DNA from: Glycera tridactyla
Taxonomy: Eukaryota
Direction: 5' to 3'
DNA: 64,000 bases
Assembly (NCBI GenBank): GCA_965644265.1
Contig: OZ286471.1
Location: forward strand, 54,560,001 to 54,624,000
Shown here piece by piece: positions 13,090 to 26,470 of the stretch (within the stretch, counting starts at the first letter, position 1; each line of letters begins with the position of its first letter). The translations under genes and the position numbers were made by a program. The notes beneath the pieces were generated by a model that was given only the letters and a program-made list of their open reading frames with translations, ran no database searches and was not told the origin of the DNA.

Positions 13090-13492
13090 TCAATAAAGCC
13101 ATATACGACGACAGCTTCGGCCTTGACTCCAAATCCGCTGGATATTATATGTCAATTAGTTNNNNNNNNNNNNNNNNNNNNNNNNNNNNNNNNNNNNNNN
13201 NNNNNNNNNNNNNNNNNNNNNNNNNNNNNNNNNNNNNNNNNNNNNNNNNNNNNNNNNNNNNNNNNNNNNNNNNNNNNNNNNNNNNNNNNNNNNNNNNNNN
13301 NNNNNNNNNNNNNNNNNNNNNNNNNNNNNNNNNNNNNNNNNNNNNNNNNNNNNACCATCGTCAATGCCGGCTTCATCTTCGTCTCCTCCATCGTTAGAGA
13401 AAGACGAACTCTTTCCTTCCCTAATGAAGCCATATGTATGAACAGCTTTGGCCTTGGTTAAAAATCCGCTAGAGATTATATGTCAATCAATT
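13090..13492. repeat. Diverged ~65-bp direct repeat on either side of a gap
   Basis: AAGCCATAT...ACAGCTT(C/T)GGCCTTG...AAATCCGCT..A.ATTATATGTCAAT occurs at about 13095-13160 and 13425-13490, in a CCT-rich low-complexity context. Confidence 0.75.
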
Positions 13493-15214
13493 ACATTCTC
13501 GCAAGATCCTCCTTCTTCTCCGTCGCCTCCTCCCCTTACGGCCCCTCCTCAAATAACCCACCTCCCTTCTCATTCTCTGTATCCTCCTCCTCCTTATCTT
13601 GCTGCCGTTGCTACTAATGCTGNNNNNNNNNNNNNNNNNNNNNNNNNNNNNNNNNNNNNNNNNNNNNNNNNNNNNNNNNNNNNNNNNNNNNNNNNNNNNN
13701 NNNNNNNNNNNNNNNNNNNNNNNNNNNNNNNNNNNNNNNNNNNNNNNNNNNNNNNNNNNNNNNNNNNNNNNNNNNNNNNNNNNNNNNNNNNNNNNNNNNN
13801 NNNNNNNNNNNNNNNNNNNNNNNNTCGCTGTGGACATAGTCATCAACACCGCATGCGTCAACGTCACACACCTCAGACCGACTGGCATGCTGCGGTATTC
13901 ATTAGCCTAGTCTGTTTCCGTAATTGAATGCGTCATCAATCTCCAGTGAGCCGCGCTAATCTGTGGATATACCTCATTGAGATATTGATGATTTGCTGTC
14001 AGGGCAACGCTAGTTTTGATTAAAGCATGTGCTCAACATGCTCGTTGACATCCTTTCCCCAACTACCTCTATCACTACCTACACCATTTTGAGGATTGCG
14101 GATGTTTTGGTGAACACATTTGTGGCCATCGGTCTCATATTGAGTGATATTCGTTCGAGCGTGAAGTGAGACCATCATTTGAAGAGCTGATATTTTTATG
14201 TGATTCCAGCCAGGTGATATTTTTTTCCATGTGACTGACATGAAGCCTATTTTCTGTGCTGTGACTGTCGATACAACTCATATGTTATCTTCTTGATATA
14301 CTACACTCTCGCGTTGTGGACGAACATCCGGTAGAAGTCTAGATGGATAATCTGTATCTTACTTGAATGAGAAAATGATCCTAATGAACTTGGCCTTTCT
14401 CTTTTTTGTTTCTTTATTTCTCAAGTCCTCTCCTTGTCCACATACAAGCTAAGGACTGCAACATCAAACTGCAGTCATTTCCTCACTTACATCATATTTT
14501 TTCCATTCAATCATTGTGAATTCTGATCTGGCTCTCATCAATACTATTCATTCGACTTCATCACGACTATAATCAATCGGATCAAATAAACGAGTGACCG
14601 CTCCGCGAGAAATTGCAGGTGGTCTCGCGGAAACTGGGCTGAACAATACTTCACGTGAGTTTGATATGAAATATTCACGGAGACTCTTAATTCAAGTGGG
14701 ATGCCAATCGACAGTGACATGAGATGCTGGCGATGTTATAGTCACATCAGATTATGTCAAGACATATAATCGTCCAAGCGCAGGGATCATCATTCATCAC
14801 ATAGGTCAACATCTGTATGTTGGGGTCGATGAAGTCGTGACCTAATCTGATGCAAACACAATTCACGCAGTTTGACTGAGACATCAAATAGTGTGAATAT
14901 ATTTCAGAAAAACCGGCATGAGTTCAGACCATCATTTTTCTCTGTGGTGGATACTATGTGTCTTCTATAATTCACCGCTGAGTGAATGCTTCTCGGGTCC
15001 ATTCGAGATACATCTATTCATCTATTCATTTGTCTATTCATTTCTGTATCTTTTATTCATTCATTTATCTATTCTTTTCTATTCATCCATCTATATTCAT
15101 TTATCTAATAATCCAATCATTCATCAATTCAGTAAACCATCCCTTTATTCATCCATTCTTTGTATTATCCTCTCATCTTTTTATTCTTCCATCCACCTGA
15201 GTGCAAGTCCAGTA

Positions 15215-15420
15215 CATGTCGACTTGGATATGAAAGGCCGGCCGTGTGTATTGGAATCTGTTCCAGTATGCATGTGGAAAACCACTGCTGTCTTCCGCAA
15301 AGAGTAGGGGCTGCTCCCGATAGCGGTGCCTCTTTTTTTGGCATTTTGGTATTAAAGCCTGGTATAGCCCACTAAGTTTGAAAGGACGTCAAACTCAGAC
15401 GAAGAAGCAAACAAATCTCA
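15215..15420 (+). mobile_element. SINE-like fragment, related to 993-1150
   Basis: Contains GTATGCATGTGGAAAACCACTGCTGTCTTCCGCAAAGAGTAGGGG, then GGACGTCAAA and a CAAACAAA tail. Confidence 0.5.
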
Positions 15421-16559
15421 ATTCTTTCTCATGTAGAGAATTTTATTATGAAGATGTCAAGTTGTGCATGAAATATAGAATCATTGGTAAACCCTTCAAC
15501 TTTGTGAATACGATTGCATTCGTATTAAGAGGGAAGTTGATATCCGATGTTGAGTTCGAAACATGAAATTAGGTACGAGCTACACACCACCAGTGCTGAA
15601 TAATGGCGTGAACACTTCTCTGCGATCTTCGAACGAAGGTCCCAGGTTAGCAGTGGCACAAATAGTAGCTATCGGAAGAAGGACACGTCAGCACCCCTCT
15701 CTATCAAACACAGTTAATCATGTGAGTTCCAAACCAAATCACATGCAGGTGCACGGAGAATAGCTATAACAACAAAACTGTAATGGGCAGAGTCCTCTCA
15801 GGTCTGAGATTGCTACCGACTGAAATGTCTCGTGATAGTCATGACTGTTGAACATATGCATGTTGGTTGTACCCTTTCGTACTTTGGAGCCTCTACCTGC
15901 TCCATTTTTCACGAAATCGGAAATTCATCATCATATGGATTTTTATGCAGAAAACAATCAATCATCCGTCATCATGTATCAATGGTGAGCAAGTTCGTGT
16001 TTGAAAACTCCTTGATCGCGAACGTATAAGGTCGATCGATCATGGCAATAGATCAAAGCAGAAGTAATATATCCTCGCGTTATGTCGTGTACCCAGAGTG
16101 ACTGATCTATTTCAGGCATGTGCACATATGTACAACAGAATCGCTGTGACTAACTTTGAAACTGATATGGTGTTCTTACATAACTCCATAATATGATCAG
16201 TAGTTCCATCATTTACACTGAAACACTCATGAGATGGAAATCTGGTTTGGGGATTCTGATGACCTCTATTTTAGTCCAGATACATTGGGCCTACGGAGGA
16301 TCGTATGATCGGACTTCTTGGTCCCCCGCAAAAGTGATAGGGGAATTTCACTTCAATCGCCGTTTTTTATCAGTGTTGAGCATGCTTCCATTGTATAAGT
16401 TAATCCGTGCATAGGTCAAGATATACAGTTGCGGTGATATAGATGAACTGTTACCATGGTCACCAGTGTGATGAAGATATCATGCACTTGACAGATTTGA
16501 AGACGATCCTACATAACAGGTGTTAGACAGTCTTACGACACGACACGGATACTGATCTA

Positions 16560-16727
16560 TATAGAGGGGAACCCGTATTCAGCAACATTCATAAGGAGGC
16601 CAAAAAGTGGTTGCTATGAATACAGGTGTTCGCTCAAAACAGGTGAATTCTAGTGATATGAACTCTCAGTACGAATCAGAGAGTGGTTGCTGAATACAGT
16701 GGTTGCTCAACACAGGTTCCTATGTGG
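16560..16727. mobile_element. Degenerate Tc1/mariner-pogo-like MITE
   Basis: GGAACCCGTATTCAGCAAC at the left is an imperfect inverse of GTTGCTCAACACAGGTTCC at the right. GTGGTTGC..AATACAG repeats lie inside. Confidence 0.55.
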
Positions 16728-16949
16728 ATATCACATTTGGGAAAAAAGTCTGATTATAACGAAATGCTGTCTAATGTCTGACACATTCCCACAAAATGTC
16801 GTCGTGAGGCGGAACTCATTGCTTTCATGACATGAAGTTAGCGTAATGACTTCCGGAGTTCACATAAATCTTAGCTGTTGATTATAATCACACGATAACA
16901 TAGGAAGCAAGGTAACACATATACCTATTCGTCATCGAAATATTTACGT

Positions 16950-17320
16950 GCTTGTTTTCGGTGTAGATTTACTACCATGAGATTGAGACGAAAATTGGAA
17001 ACATTTTGCCGATTTGGATTCCTACAAACACTCTGTCTGTATATATTCGACAAAGAGATCTTCATTCCGATAGGTGCGAAAGTCAGCATCAACTCTTACC
17101 CACTTTCAGAAATATTCGTATATGTATTCTTCAATGATACAAATCAGAAAATTGAGCATGACAACAATTGGCATCGACGGTAGTAAGACTTGGATTCTCG
17201 CTCCGAACCAATACAGGGGCCACATTTTGAGACTCCTTCACATCTCGTTCAAGAAATATGGAGAGAGCTTGAGACATTTCCAAACAAGAAGTCAGAAATG
17301 AACGACGTGATGTCGAAAAG
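16950..17320 (+). pseudogene. Decayed LRR coding remnant
   Basis: LETFCRFGFLQTLCLYIFD (ORF 16977-17183), frameshifting to RKLSMTTIGID...HILRLLHISF (ORF 17074-17301). Confidence 0.4.
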
Positions 17321-19849
17321 ACGTTGAACAATGATCAACAAATCAATCCAGGGAACAAACGTATTCCGACATTTCGAGAATTCGAACCATCTGGCATACG
17401 CTCTCGTACCATTGCTCGAAATTTAATTGAAATATGATTCTTGTACAATTTCATGTTCCATGAATATACTGTACAGGTGTTGTATTGTATTTACTTGTAC
17501 TTTAGCCAAGGAAGATGTATTTTGACCGCCTGAGTACGAGTTGATTAAACGTCTATGACCGTAGAGATAAGAGCTGACCACTGCGTTTTCTGGAGAAGCT
17601 CAGCATATGTTGTATTTTCCTATTCCCATCGGAACACATTACGGCGGTGCAAACTGATCACACATCATATCTGCCACATATATTCATACTATATCGGCCA
17701 GTGATCCTGCAGATCTCACCTACTAATACTGGTAGTCAAAACATCCAAACTACTTTCGGAAAGGTATTGAGGCCAGTCCAAATGCCTGTTTCCTGGATAG
17801 GGAAATGTCCCTTTACCGCCAGCACTATATCTAGCTTACAGACTTATGAGTGTTTCCGGCGTAGATTCTACTTTCCTTGACGAATGTGACAGGAAGAGTG
17901 CAGAAAGTTCGGCTCGGAGGCAGGGAAATCAGACTTGGATGAGGTGCTAATCACTGATCATTTGCGCCATTGATATCCATCAATCCAATCCAGCATATCA
18001 TTCATAGGCAATTTGGTAAAATACCAATAGCATTTGTTATCATTGCATTTCGTATTCACATTCCATGTGTTTGGTATCCCGATATGGTAGATGCGAAAAA
18101 AAGGATTATTTTAGTGATGTACTACATTCTGTTTGTATGCAATAATCGACATATGGAAAAGAATTGAACTGTATGTTGCGAATATTCCTTGCACAATGAC
18201 GGATGATAAAAAGCGGCGATGCATCTGTGATGCTCTCTTGTTTTGAATGTAATTTGCGTAAAATATATAGGTTGGTCTTGACAACATAGCATGCTTGATT
18301 CGTTCACATGGGCACATCATATGATCTCTAGGGTCATGTGTAAATATATTATGAATCTCGAGCGATGAAATGTGTTGCTATCTTCATCTTTTTATGCATG
18401 AAAACACTTATGGAATTCAGTTTGGATTCTCTGGTTATGCGATTTAAGATTGTGATTCAACTAGAGAGTTCAGAATGAGATCCATGTCAACAAGGTCGGT
18501 TAATTGAGTGGCGTTTGATCCCATGCATCTACCTTTGTTGTGTGTTGTCAATGAAAACTGAATGTTCAGTACTATGCAGCCACCACTGTCACTATAGTAT
18601 ATGATCAATTTGCTGACACTTCCGATCTACAGGCGTGACAAGCATCAAGTCAGAACCCGGAAAATTGCATCAGGTCCAGGTAACGCACAACGAATAGGAT
18701 GACCTCTAACCTGTCAACATCGGAGCACCTCATCCTGGACTTCATAGGCTTCCTATTGAAGGTGGACATGGAATATTCGCCAAGATTTGAAAATCATTCA
18801 AGTACAGTGATAGTATCCTGAATGAACGCTTTCCATGCATATCTTTGCAGATGAGATAAGTAACATGAATGTGATTGTGAACATTGTACAAACATTCCAT
18901 AACTCGTGTTCTGAGATGTGTCTCCACTTGGATTAAAGAGCTAAAACTCTTACTCCTAATGTCTCAGGTGTAGCTTCATTATTGGACATACACCATGGAG
19001 TCAACTGCAGGGACAGTAGTGAAGAGAAAAATATAGATATGGTGCTCACAATGATGCAAGCTGGGGGTATTGTGTGGTAAAGGGTGCCATTATTCCATTT
19101 TGACATCGGAATTGGTGATGACATAAAATATCAGGTGGTGAATCAGGATATGTATATAATATACAGAGCCCATATTGTTGTGTTAAGGCACATCAACATC
19201 AAGATGCACACAACAGCGTAATGACGTTATCTTGTTTTCGTATCATGCCATATATCAATGTTGTGGGGCATGAATGCCTGAATGGTATCATCAATATTCT
19301 TAGCAGGATCTCAACATCTGAAACCAAATGACAGTAGGATCTCAACATCTGAAACCAAATGACATCATGTTGACAGTAGATGGATAGTTCACCAACATTC
19401 GAATGCAAAGCTGATGAAAAAAGCATCGTATGATTTCTCCATAGCTCATAACTACTCAGATGTATCATATCGGTCCGTAATGACGTCAGAGAACAATATC
19501 AATTTGTACATGACATCATATTGACATCATCTGATTATATGACATCATCATCATCCAGACACAAATGACGTGATGATGACATCATTCGAATGAATTTTGT
19601 CACATACTAGTTTCTTGATGCGTTGAACTACTACGTGTCTCAAAAAATTTCAACCACATCAATGACTCCGAGAAAGGTTTTACCATCTATTGAAATGCTG
19701 TGCCCACGTCATGATCAAGTAGACTGTCTTCACCTCGAGTAGTTGAAGCAGTTTCGCCAATCCCCTGTAAATGGCGGCATATGGCTGGCTAAACCTCGAT
19801 TATGTATCCCAATGTTCTGAAATAAGTATGTGACATCATATATCATCTC

Positions 19850-20445
19850 GAGTGCCGTATATGTCCACAATGTTGAAAAGTATTGATAACTTTCATCATT
19901 GGATCATTACCATGGGAACAAAATGCACAATTTTGAACTTTTTTGGCTATTTCGGCCTGATATCGGACCATCTTTGCACTATTTAATTTCAATATGATAT
20001 CAATATCTGCTGCCACGGGGGCTTGATAATCTAACATCGGTACGCACATTTTCAGTCGGATGATATGTTTCTTATTTAAGACATTTCTGTGACGACAAAA
20101 AAAGAATGCCTTCTCAAAATAATGACCTCAGTGAGATTATTCTAAATGTAATGACCTTAGAAAAAAGTGGTGCCAGAAAGGTAATTGGAAACGTTCTCGA
20201 TAAGGTTACTTGGTTCCGATTATGATTCTTCGAAAAAAATACTGTTCTTGCGACGGGTCAAAACAGCCTCACATTGAATGATTTTTTGAATATTTTGATT
20301 GCCATGGCAATGGCTTCAGGGTTTCGGGCCACAAATGTCTGCTAGCATGGGTTTCTGTACCTCAACCAATACCCTAAGAGCTAATTTGAATGAATATACT
20401 TGTGAGAATGTCCGAAACCCGCATTGATTAATTTATACGGTCTTG
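19850..20445. mobile_element. Probable degenerate non-autonomous DNA transposon
   Basis: Short inverted ends GTGCCGTAT / ATACGGTCT. AT-rich interior with TTACCATGGGAAC and TTGCCATGGCAAT motifs like those in the 41743-42504 element. Confidence 0.35.
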
Positions 20446-21093
20446 GCATAGAGGTGATGATGTAGCACCTTATCGATTCACGTGCAAATACTAGGCATGA
20501 CATATCTCCTCCATATGCACACAACTTGGTATGATAAGCAATCATGAACATCTCATGTCACCCCGATGGTACCCTAGTTCTGGGACTCTGCATCGCAAGA
20601 GCAATGAAACGTTTGCCTTGGCACTTTATGTCAGCTTCAAACTACAGTCATATGTAGAAACTTTTTGATTCCATGTTTGCTCTCGGTATGTAATCATTAG
20701 TGTCTATGTTGTAGAGGGGGTGTCTGACTTCTTATGGGATCTTCCAACGAAGGTGAAATCGGTTCCGTACTCACAGATGACAGAATGATAGGATAACAGA
20801 ACTTTATTTACACGTATTTGTCACAAAAGGGACCTCTCCCATCTTCGCTAGAGCTTGAGTCAGTAGACATACAGTCAGTATATAAGCAGTTTCGCTCTCA
20901 ATCAATTCTGAAAACACTCGATTTCGCCCTGATACCCCATGTATCGCAGGGTGAGAACTAAAAATGTCCATCAATGACCAATGAGCATCATACAAATATC
21001 CAATCACTCTCATATTGAGTACGCTATGGTAATGAGATCTGATATGCTCATTCGATATTAGAGTAGAACAGGAATTGAATGATTAGATAACTA

Positions 21094-21312
21094 GTGGTAC
21101 AGGATCACAGAACAGTAGTGAGATCCCTCACCACTGACAGCTATGTCCACCTGGTCAGTATTTTATGTAGCTGGTTGTTTGATATCTCACGAGCTCCAAC
21201 TGGGCGTATTTCACACGCCCATGCAATAGACATCAATGGGATCATTCAGCAATCTCAGAGACAAAGAAGGGAACAACTCTGCGGTCAATCGATATCGGTA
21301 ACGAGCCGATAA
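21094..21312 (+). pseudogene. Possible NLR-type LRR remnant
   Basis: TDSYVHLVSILCSWLFDI resembles the 'xxLxxFLCxM' peptides in the other remnants. Weak on its own. Confidence 0.25.
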
Positions 21313-21699
21313 GTTTTATATGATGGTGGAAGTTACTTGACTGATAACTATGGAAAGCAGGGCTATAAGAAGATGGAAATAAAGTCGGCACTATATTGGC
21401 GTATCAATCGGAGGGTACGATGATGCATCCCTCACATTGTGCAGGTACCAGTCCCTTTGAGTATTTCAATACGCGCGTCAATATGACACATCGCTCATGC
21501 TAACTCATTTCGAGAAGGTAAAACACTGACAGCCTCTTCACATCACAGTACTTCGACATAGTCACAGCCGAGGGATACCGGTCTTTGTGATGATATTGGT
21601 CATAATAATGATTGACACTTCTATATCAACGCCTGCAAATAGAGCTGTCCACGAATGTGATGATCTGTCAGCGGCTCCATTTGGAGACGTGAACAAAGA

Positions 21700-21743
21700 A
21701 TTGTCAATCATAATTATCATTAATATTTTTATTATTACCATTA

Positions 21744-21777
<34 letters not shown>

Positions 21778-21780
21778 ACA
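21700..21780. repeat. (ATT)n microsatellite
   Basis: Direct reading. Confidence 0.9.
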
Positions 21781-21829
21781 ATAGAACGCCACAGATAACT
21801 AGGTCACGCAATGCATGATGGGTAACTAA

Positions 21830-22030
21830 GGACTATATAACAATGGGCAGACTGAGATCTCCTCAGTTTGCCTTTGGTAGACCGCTGGTGTAAGCACACC
21901 TTACCACACACCTGACGAAGGCCAGCCAGGGCCGAAAGTACTTGTGTATAACAAGGTACAAAGCTTTACCCAAAACTACCAAGGCAAAACTACTTTGACA
22001 TATGACTACTTGTGTTTTACTGAATAAAAC
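21830..22030 (+). mobile_element. Penelope-like terminal repeat (solo pseudo-LTR)
   Basis: TATATAA (21834-21840), an 11-bp hairpin (21846-21872), the core CTGACGAAGGCC...GGCCGAAA and AATAAA (22023-22028), all lying between two (ATT)n tracts. Confidence 0.6.
21908..21947 (+). ncRNA. Candidate minimal type I hammerhead ribozyme
   Basis: ACAC (stem I) - CUGACGA - extra A - GGCC/AGCCAG/GGCC (stem II) - GAAA - palindromic AAGUACUU (stem III) - GUGU (stem I'). Putative cleavage triplet CUU at 21941-21943. Confidence 0.6.
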
Positions 22031-22074
22031 TACGAGCAGTTGTACAACTGTTGTGGTGTTTACATTACTCGAAT

Positions 22075-22310
22075 ATTAGTATTATTATCATTATCATTAT
22101 GATTATTGATATCATTATCATTATTTTCATTGTGATTCTTATGATCATTATCATTATTATCATCATTTTCATTTTTATCCTCATTCTTTCTTTTTTCTCA
22201 TTCTTATGCTTATTCTTTATTTTTGGTTTCATTCTTCTTCTCCTATTACTTCTTCTTATCATTATTATTATCATTATCATTTTATCATTATCATTAGCAT
22301 CATCATAATT
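22075..22310. repeat. Degenerate (ATT/ATC)n microsatellite
   Basis: Direct reading. Confidence 0.9.
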
Positions 22311-23199
22311 AGTACCATTACTATGACCAAAAACACCGGCCTCCCGGGACTGCCACTGTGTTGATGTACCATGTATGAGTAGAGGGCCCTTGGTGAAATT
22401 GATATCAGAAGTCCTGTACGATCCCGAGAATAATGATCGTGAATAATGATTGGCTCATCTTGGAGGTGGCCAATGTCCGATAAAACACCTAGCCCCACTG
22501 TTAGCACCGGTCAACCGAACTAATTGGCCTGCTTGACATACCAGTTCCTGACCATTCCTCGAGATAATTGGCTATTATGTGTAACTCATAGGCTCGCTCC
22601 CACTTCCGAGAAGTCAGAGATAACCCTTAGTAATGGTCAAATACACAGAAAGCACGCCTGATTCACTCTACCTGACATCATGCAAGCTCTCATAATATCC
22701 AGATGGATATAAGCGAGGGAAGAGTGAGTACCTCTTGGAAAGGGATATTTAGCCATAAAGAGTTGGGAGAATCTGGGCGTGAAAGTCAAGGTGTAATTCT
22801 ATTTGATTCATGTGCATAGGAACATCAAGAGATGATGAAATATTCACGATTCGTTCCTCCTGGTCAGACATTCATACACTTCACGATTATCCTAAGATTG
22901 GGTTCTTTTCACAACATACAAGAGAGACAAGAAAAAGAAAGAACACGAAAAAAAATCACATTCAGTTGTCATCTAATTTGAATAATTTATATACGGATGT
23001 GTCAGTATTGATGTTATTCGCCACAGAATCGCCTAGAATTGTACTTTTCCATGATATCTGTTTAAAGCATCGAGCTTGCGAGTCTTTATGTGATATATCA
23101 CTTCATTTTACCAACTGAAGATATCGATCATCCTATATCCCTCCATATGATAAACTGAAAATATCATGGAACTTCATTTTATGGCTGATGGATTTATGG

Positions 23200-23690
23200 T
23201 GGTGAAACTTGATCTGATATCAGCTAAGTATATGAAGCAGGTGAATCTTGTAATCGGGAATTTAGGCTTTCTAATTTCCCATTTCAAAACCACTCAAGGT
23301 TTGGAAATATCAAGACATGGATTAAGGCAGCCTTATTGTTGAACACTCTAAATCACATCTGGTGTTCTTTTTCTTGATCCCTATTACCTTCACCATTTCC
23401 CAGTTGATATAGGAATAACCATGATGATCTTCAAGGTAAATTCCTCCAAGTTGTCCCACTTTTAAAACCAGGAGGTGTTGAGGTGACACTGGCAGCAATT
23501 TGCAGCTGCCTCTATTTCCCGCAATCGCATGAAATGAACAAGGAAGACTGCGATAATTGGGGTTTTGTAGTTGATGGAATCAGACTTCTTTAAAAACTGG
23601 AGTGAATAGAAATTGAGAATGAAAGATGATTGTGGTATTTCCTCTCGATGACAGTTCTCATCACGCTGTGAGTTAATGTGAGTTGAAATC
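23200..23690 (-). pseudogene. Decayed LRR coding remnant
   Basis: KWDNLEEFTLKII and VLIFPNLEWF*NGKLESLNSRL in different frames. Confidence 0.3.
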
Positions 23691-23869
23691 ATCTTTTCTC
23701 ATTAACCTTGACAATAATGTTTGCAGGCTCTTCTAATAGGTAACAGGCGGGCTAATTCTGGCATCCGCTAAGTTTCAGGCACGAACTTGCTGGGATTACA
23801 ATCGCAGGCTGACTCTCTTCCACCATACATCATGCCTGTCTCCCACTCTCACTCTCTCTGGCCCTTCAT

Positions 23870-24085
23870 CAGTTTTGTCTATCTATCTATCCATCTATCC
23901 ATTTCTCTATCTATCTGTTGGTATGAATATTGGTCGGTCTGTCGGTCGGTCGGTCTGTTGGTCGGTCGGTCGGTCCGTCGGTCCGTCCGTCTGTCCGTTA
24001 GTCCGTCTGTCTGTTAGTCCGTCTGTCAGTCTGTCCACTTGCCTGCCAGCCTGCCTGCCTGCTAGACTGTCTGTCTGTTTGTCCC
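23870..24085. repeat. Compound tetranucleotide microsatellite (CTAT, GTCG, CTGT, CCTG)
   Basis: Direct reading. Confidence 0.9.
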
Positions 24086-24479
24086 TTTTTCTGTTGATTT
24101 GGTAGGATGTCAGGCAGAATGTCTCACTGGCTGCAGTCTGGCAGAATGTCTGGCTGAACATCTGAACGGCTAAAAGTATTTATGTCTATGTGTTCATCTG
24201 CTCCATGCGTGTCTGACATATAATCTAGTTCACACAAAACTGCAACGTCTCTGTTGTCTTCATCGTCTCCATCGTCGTAGTAGTACACGAATTATTGATT
24301 ATTTTGTCACTTCTCTGAATGCATTCATCACAGTTGGTATTGTTATTGACAGCTTTCAGATGACACCCGATCAATACTTGATGTAAAGGTCTAAGTGACA
24401 TACCGGAGATACTAGAAACTCTATCTACCCATGAACATCAGCTTCATGACCAGCAAATGGAGATATCCTATCCACTACT

Positions 24480-24710
24480 ATTGGCCTGCGTATGTGTCAA
24501 GACAGATCAATTTCCCTCCAAGCCATAGACCGTAGAGGTGGTGGGTGCACGTCTTACATTGTATCGATTATCTGGCCTGGAATTTGCTCCGAAACCATCC
24601 TAGTTCAACATGATCATGATGTAGGTCATATCTTTGTAGTCATATGGATTTCTCTGGAAATAGCCTCAATTCGAAAAAGTTGCATTCTATCATGTGATAT
24701 GTTATGAATC
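24480..24710 (+). pseudogene. Decayed RI-like LRR remnant
   Basis: VLHCIDYLAWNLLRNHPS...YLCSHMDFSGNSLNSKKLHSI. MDFSGNSL (24644-24667) fits LxLSxNxL. In-frame stops upstream. Confidence 0.45.
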
Positions 24711-26307
24711 ATGATCAGCTATATCTAGTTCGTTGTAAACGAAATATAAGAAATAATAAAAAGGCATATATCGGGTAAATCTTGATTCCAGTGGGATCGA
24801 GAGTCTGATAACTGGGCGGTAGCAGGGGCTTCAAATGAAGGTGATGTGGAGGAGTTGTTTCAGGCCTGCCTACTCAACTATCTTCCCCTAGGTTCGATTA
24901 CGTGTTATGATCATGCCAGCTTTTAGGCGAATATCAATATGTGGGCAATGGGAAAATATGATGCGTGAGTAAACAGAGAGGCAGCCTGTGTGGCGTCGTC
25001 AGACTGACCTTACATACAACAGAACTGGTTATTTGTCAGGGTTTGATCTGCTTTGTCTCTCCTCTCTGGTGTCATCATCTTCTCATACAAACCCTTTCAA
25101 CTCGGAATTCATTCAAGGATATACTTGCATGAAAATGTAATTTAAGTAGCAATATCATCATTAGATGAGCTTACTTATTAACTAATCATAATTATCGATG
25201 TATCAATGAGCAGTGGCCCTGAAGATAGAGGAGACACTTAGTCATTGTATATCTGAACAAAATATCACTAGATGAATGCATGCCCAACCTGGTTTGAATA
25301 TCATCGGATTGTTCAGGTAATAAATCATATGTGAACAGACTATAGGACAAGCTACATTTCATCCTAATACTGTCAATGAATTACGCTCGGTGTGATGGCA
25401 TGCGGTGAGGAAAAGAATATATCCATATTTTGCCAGTTTCTTTCTACTCTCGTCGCATATATAATCTCATGATGTAAAGATTAGCTTGGATTGTCAGTTC
25501 ACAATACTTATCTTGCTCATTTGATTGTGATGTGAGCTTGTAACTCTCATCGCATGTATCAGATTGTGACGGCAAATCCTAATCGGCGTCGTATATATCA
25601 GATTTTTGTATAAGTCTCAAAGTAGCATACAGTAGCATAAAAAAATTATTACTGACTATATTGGTACAGTCACTTATATTGATGTTTTTTTCTTGTCTAC
25701 TTTATATTAGCGTATTACGCCAGTTTTACCTCTCGTCCCATGCATCAGAATAGGGAAACAATTTTCGAATCCTTGTCATTGTTTGAAGATTGTGTGAACT
25801 TTCCCCGACACCCGTGATAGACATTAGCTGGTGATGTCAGTTTCTCTCATCGAGTACATTAGCTTGAGATGCCAGTTGCCAGGATTGAGCTAAATGGGAT
25901 GGCCGCAATGACATCGGCACCTCTAACTGATAAGGTGGTAGAAAGATGTCAGAGGAAGGTGTGATGGAGGTGGGATGGGGTGGAGAACACATTAGTGGGA
26001 ATTAAATTTGACCAGTTTGAGGGTGACATGTAATCTTGGAGATGAGCAGATCGGGTAATAGGAAGGCGCTCAATCATGAAATATGACAGCAACAAATCGA
26101 TGCTCTGATTGAAGCCGAGGATATCCACCCAGCATCCCAGTCCATACATCATTCTTTTGTCCATTGTATTATATTTCAACCCAAACTATTCACACAACAT
26201 ACTCATAGACTATACTGATCTGTTTTCCACCCGAAAGTGTCCCCGAACAGAACTAGTTCCATTAGCTTCGCAGCAAGATGCAAAGAGATGCTTATTTGAC
26301 TCAAATA

Positions 26308-26470
26308 TTATAGCAAGAAATCATGGGGCATGATCCCGACAATTTATACACCACAAGCTGTGTTTTAGCTGAATGGTTCACGAGGCCGAAAGCCGAGTGG
26401 TTTATTCAGCCAAAACACAACGAGTGGTGTATAGCTTGTCGGGACCATTCCCCACGCTTTATTGCTTATA
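26308..26470. mobile_element. Palindromic MITE (~160-bp hairpin)
   Basis: GGGGCATGATCCCGACAATTTATACACCACAAGCTGTGTTTTAGCTGAAT pairs imperfectly with ATTCAGCCAAAACACAACGAGTGGTGTATAGCTTGTCGGGACCATTCCCC. The centre reads CACGAGGCCGAAAGCCGAGTG. Confidence 0.8.

Noticed and set aside
19300-19590. Cluster of TGACGTCA/TGACATCA (CRE-like) motifs as an enhancer
   Set aside because: It lies in a locally duplicated, repeat-like stretch with no intact gene nearby, so function cannot be supported from sequence.
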